A program made the position numbers and the translations under genes. Positions 60,800 through 64,000 of a stretch of DNA of 64,000 nucleotides are shown here, piece after piece. The notes beneath the pieces were generated by a model. That model was given only the letters and a program-made list of their open reading frames with translations. It made no database searches and was not told the DNA's origin. Positions within the stretch are counted from its first letter, which is position 1. Each line of letters starts with the position of its first letter. The DNA comes from Acidimicrobiales bacterium (GTDB lineage Bacteria; Actinomycetota; Acidimicrobiia; Acidimicrobiales; SZUA-35), in assembly GCA_050330635.1 (NCBI GenBank), contig JBHJNQ010000064.1:6311-70310 (forward strand), in the 5' to 3' direction.

Positions 60800-61687
60800 T
60801 TGACCGAGATCCCCGAACACCTGCTGAAGCGAAGCAAGTCGGCCAAGGCCGGCAAGGGCGGCGACGCCGGAGGTGGCGATGCCGCTCCCGCACCGGCCGC
60901 GGCCGGCGCCGGTGGCGCCGCTCCCGTGCCGGCCTCCGGGGGACCGGCCGCCGCTCCCGCCCCCCTCATCCCCACCGACCAGCTTCCCAACCTCGACCCG
61001 GCGCCGGAGCCGGCCCGACCGGAGCCGGCCTATGTCAAGGCGGCCAGGGCCCGGACGCGGATCCCCGTCTGGGCCCTTCCCGTGGTGGCCGCCCTCCCGG
61101 TGTGGGCCTTGACCTTCGCCGGCACCATGCAGCAGCCCGAGGTCGAGGACCCGCTGCTGATCGAGGGCGCCATCTTCTACTCCGAGGCCGGCTGCGCCGG
61201 CTGCCACGGCACCGACGGAGGCGGCGGCTCGGGCTATGCGATGTCGAACGGCGAGGTGCTCGCAACGTTCCCGGAGCCGATCGACCAGATGGTCCACGTG
61301 GCCCGGGGCTCCGCCGCCATCGGGGGCCAGGAGTACGGGGCGGTCCGGCCCGACGGTAACCGGCGGGTGGCCGGTGCGATGGGGCAGATGCCGGCCCAGG
61401 AGGGGCAGATCTCCCAGGTCGAGCTGGAGATGATCGTGTTCCACGAACGGGCCATCCTGTCGGGGGAGGATACCTCCGACCCGGCCTACGAGGAGTGGAT
61501 GGAGCACATGCGGGAGGCCTACGAGTCGGGGGACGACGCCGAGATCGACCTCGAGCTGCTCCTGGCCTGCGCCGACCCCGAGTACACGCCGGGCGCCACC
61601 GGCGCCGGTGCCCCCGACGAGGACACCTCCTGCCCCGGGCCCCAGCCCGAGGGCGAGGGCGACGGGGAAGCCGCCCTCGGAGGCTGA
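60800..61687 (+). CDS. Membrane-anchored monoheme cytochrome c
   Basis: GGAGGA then TTG start; one TM; CAGCH; distal Met in GQMPA. Confidence 0.88.
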   Translation: MTEIPEHLLKRSKSAKAGKGGDAGGGDAAPAPAAAGAGGAAPVPASGGPAAAPAPLIPTDQLPNLDPAPEPARPEPAYVKAARARTRIPVWALPVVAALPVWALTFAGTMQQPEVEDPLLIEGAIFYSEAGCAGCHGTDGGGGSGYAMSNGEVLATFPEPIDQMVHVARGSAAIGGQEYGAVRPDGNRRVAGAMGQMPAQEGQISQVELEMIVFHERAILSGEDTSDPAYEEWMEHMREAYESGDDAEIDLELLLACADPEYTPGATGAGAPDEDTSCPGPQPEGEGDGEAALGG

Positions 61688-61697
61688 CCGCCGCCGG

Positions 61698-64000
61698 TCA
61701 CGGCAGGGTGCCCGTGGCCACCACGAACTCGGCCGACTCGCTGAAGGCCACCATCACCGCCCCCCGGCTCAGGCCGGCGGCCAGCTGGCTCCGCCAGTAG
61801 CCGTCGCCCGTGGGGTCGGGTTGGCGGGCCAGCACGTTGTTGTAGACGAGCTGGACGAACCGGTCGTCGGCCACCGATCCGTAGGTGGCGGCGAACTCGG
61901 CGGAGGCGACGAAGGAGGCGGCGATCGTCTCGAGCGAGGCGCCGCCGTTGCGGACCCCGACCCAGTAGGCGAACCCTCCGGCGTCGGGCTGGCGGAGGAA
62001 GAAAGCGACGTAGAGGCGGTACACCTCGTCGTCGGTGGCGGCGCGAGGGAACACGGTGCCGGTGCTGGCCACGAACTCCTGTGACTCGGCGAAGGCCAGC
62101 ATGACCGCTCCCCGACTGACGCCCTGGGCCAGCTGTCCCGTCCAGTAGTCCTTGCCGCCGGCGTCGGCCGGGCGACCCATCACGTTCTGGTAGACGAGAT
62201 CGACGAAGGCGGCGTCGCTCAACGAACCGTAGGTGGCGGCGAACTCGGCGCTGGCGGCGAACGTGGCCGACACCGAACTCATCGGCAGACCGGCCGATCG
62301 GACCCCCTGCCAGTAGCCGAACCCGGACGGGTCGGGAGAGCGGGAGAAGTAGGCCCGGTAGATACGGCCGACCTGGCCGTCGAGAGCGACGGGACGGACG
62401 ATGCCGGCACCGACCCCGGTGGGGATCGAGTAGCCGAACGGTCCGGCGCCGTAGCCGTTGGTGGCCCGGACCCGGAGCTGGTGGACGCCCTCGGCCGGGA
62501 AGGACACACCGATCGACGTCGATGACGTGGTGCCCACCGTCGACCAGCCGATCCCGTCGGTCGAGCGTTCGACCAGGTAGCTCGACACCGGCCCGCCCGG
62601 GGGCGACCAGGTCAGCGTGCGGGTCAGGCCGGTGCCGGGGGCGAGGGCGATCGTCGCCGGGGCGGCGGGAACGCCGGTGATGGTCAGCGAGGCCGTGGCC
62701 CCGGGTCCGTCGAGCCCGCCGGCGGAGGCCGTGGCTCGGATCGTGTAGCTGCTGCCGCCGACGAGGTTGGTCAGGGTGGCCGACGCGACGGTGGCCGCCA
62801 CGGTGGTGGAGGCGTCGAGCGTGGTGCCGTTGCGCCACGCCTCGACCCGGACGGTGTCGGGGGCCGGACCCACGCCATCGAAGTTCACGCCCCAACCGGC
62901 CGTCACCGATGTGCCGGCGCTGCCGACCGTGAGCCCGGTCGGGGCGACGGGCCCCACCTTCATGGGCCAGCCGATGCGGCGCATGACCCCTACGACCTTG
63001 GTGTCGAGCTCGCGCTCGACCTGTTGGGAGCCGAGGCTGGGGGTCATGAGGGCACCGGCCGTGCCGCTCGGATGGGCCGCCTCGTCGAAATGGGAGAAGC
63101 TGCTGCCCTCCTGCCAGCCGCCGGGGGCGTAGAGCTTGGTGTCGAGGGCCGTGCTGATCCCGATGCGGAGGTTGTTGGAGGTGAGGACGGCGTCGGGATC
63201 ACCGAGGTTCAGCAGCGGCGTGCCGTTGTGGGTCACGAGGCGGTCGAACACGAACGTGGGGTGATCGAGGGTGGGCCCGGAGCCGCCACCGTTGTACAGG
63301 GATCCGGAGCCGATGAAGCCGAGGCCGTGAGCCATCTCGTGGAGGACCACGCTGTAGAGGTCGATCTGGCCGCCACCGGGCGAGCCACCCGTGCCGATGT
63401 ACCAGTTGGGCGTGGAGTTGAGGTTGACGGTTAGCTCGGCCCCGGCGCCGTTGACATCGGTGTTCAACAGCGTGTTGGCCAGTGCCGCCGGGTAGTACGA
63501 ATCGGTGGGGAGGGAGTGGCCGGTGTAGAGCCCGGTGGGTCCGGCCGAGCCCAGCAGGCTGGGACTCCCCAGGTTCTTCCAGATGACGGCGATCTCCACC
63601 GGCCCGCTGATCGAGGTGGCCAGCACCTGGTTCCAGTCGTTGGCGGCGGCCAGGACCACGGCCTGGACGTTGGGGGGGGCGGTGTGGGCCCCGTCGAAGG
63701 TGACGGTGATCCCGGCACCGGCCGACGCCTGGGCCAGGGCGAACGGCGACCGCCCGGGCAGGACCCAACCGTCGCCGGGGTCGAAGCTCTCGTGGACCTC
63801 GGTCAGCTCCGCCACGAGTGCAGGGTCGTTGACATCGATCCCGGTCCCGCCGGCGGTGTCGGTGTCGACGCCGACGTGGGCGCCGCCCGCGGTCTCGATG
63901 ACGATGGGGGCCGGCACGCCCGTCAGATCGGCTCCGTCGTCGGCTACCGCGCCGGGAGCCAGGGGCAGGACGCCGACCGTCAACGTTCCCAGCGCGAGCA
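61698..64000 (-). CDS. Secreted zinc metalloprotease with FN3 and DUF4214 domains; start lies beyond the window
   Basis: VVLHEMAHGLGF (HExxH), GSSFSHFDE, ALMTP Met-turn, two FN3-like segments, repeated RLY.A.F.R.PD..G..YW and FV..VY.NV.GR..D..G..YW units. Frame is open to the window edge. Confidence 0.85.
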   Translation of the reverse strand, partial: LALGTLTVGVLPLAPGAVADDGADLTGVPAPIVIETAGGAHVGVDTDTAGGTGIDVNDPALVAELTEVHESFDPGDGWVLPGRSPFALAQASAGAGITVTFDGAHTAPPNVQAVVLAAANDWNQVLATSISGPVEIAVIWKNLGSPSLLGSAGPTGLYTGHSLPTDSYYPAALANTLLNTDVNGAGAELTVNLNSTPNWYIGTGGSPGGGQIDLYSVVLHEMAHGLGFIGSGSLYNGGGSGPTLDHPTFVFDRLVTHNGTPLLNLGDPDAVLTSNNLRIGISTALDTKLYAPGGWQEGSSFSHFDEAAHPSGTAGALMTPSLGSQQVERELDTKVVGVMRRIGWPMKVGPVAPTGLTVGSAGTSVTAGWGVNFDGVGPAPDTVRVEAWRNGTTLDASTTVAATVASATLTNLVGGSSYTIRATASAGGLDGPGATASLTITGVPAAPATIALAPGTGLTRTLTWSPPGGPVSSYLVERSTDGIGWSTVGTTSSTSIGVSFPAEGVHQLRVRATNGYGAGPFGYSIPTGVGAGIVRPVALDGQVGRIYRAYFSRSPDPSGFGYWQGVRSAGLPMSSVSATFAASAEFAATYGSLSDAAFVDLVYQNVMGRPADAGGKDYWTGQLAQGVSRGAVMLAFAESQEFVASTGTVFPRAATDDEVYRLYVAFFLRQPDAGGFAYWVGVRNGGASLETIAASFVASAEFAATYGSVADDRFVQLVYNNVLARQPDPTGDGYWRSQLAAGLSRGAVMVAFSESAEFVVATGTLP

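Overview
High-GC actinobacterial chromosome segment; the gene content suggests class Acidimicrobiia (inference). It is dominated by respiration. (1) An 11-subunit complex I-like operon nuoABCDHIJKLMN (11412-22107, minus) lacks nuoEFG and ends in a MidA/NDUFAF7-type methyltransferase. (2) A ~22 kb minus-strand super-operon (38167-60554) joins a membrane protein, a 2[4Fe-4S] ferredoxin, a split b6/subunit IV-type Rieske-cytochrome b complex, a diheme cytochrome c and a full 14-subunit nuoA-N. A near-perfect Rex-type operator lies upstream of it. Accessory content: a MacAB-like ABC exporter facing a lower-GC small secreted protein and a frameshifted lipoprotein, acs, a TetR regulator, a Dpp/Opp ABC importer, a SpeD-like + deoxyhypusine-synthase-like + PRMT-like trio, a membrane-sensor/OmpA/BMP chimera, dusB, an MNT-HEPN toxin-antitoxin pair, a PIN pseudogene and a DUF4214 surface metalloprotease. 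No rRNA, tRNA, CRISPR array or transposase was recognised. Best new-system candidate: the 11-subunit complex. Its NuoD keeps the Arg that NDUFAF7 methylates (HRG), whereas the canonical NuoD has Thr, and it has Trp in place of the quinone-binding Tyr. All family calls are by motif recognition; no database search was run.
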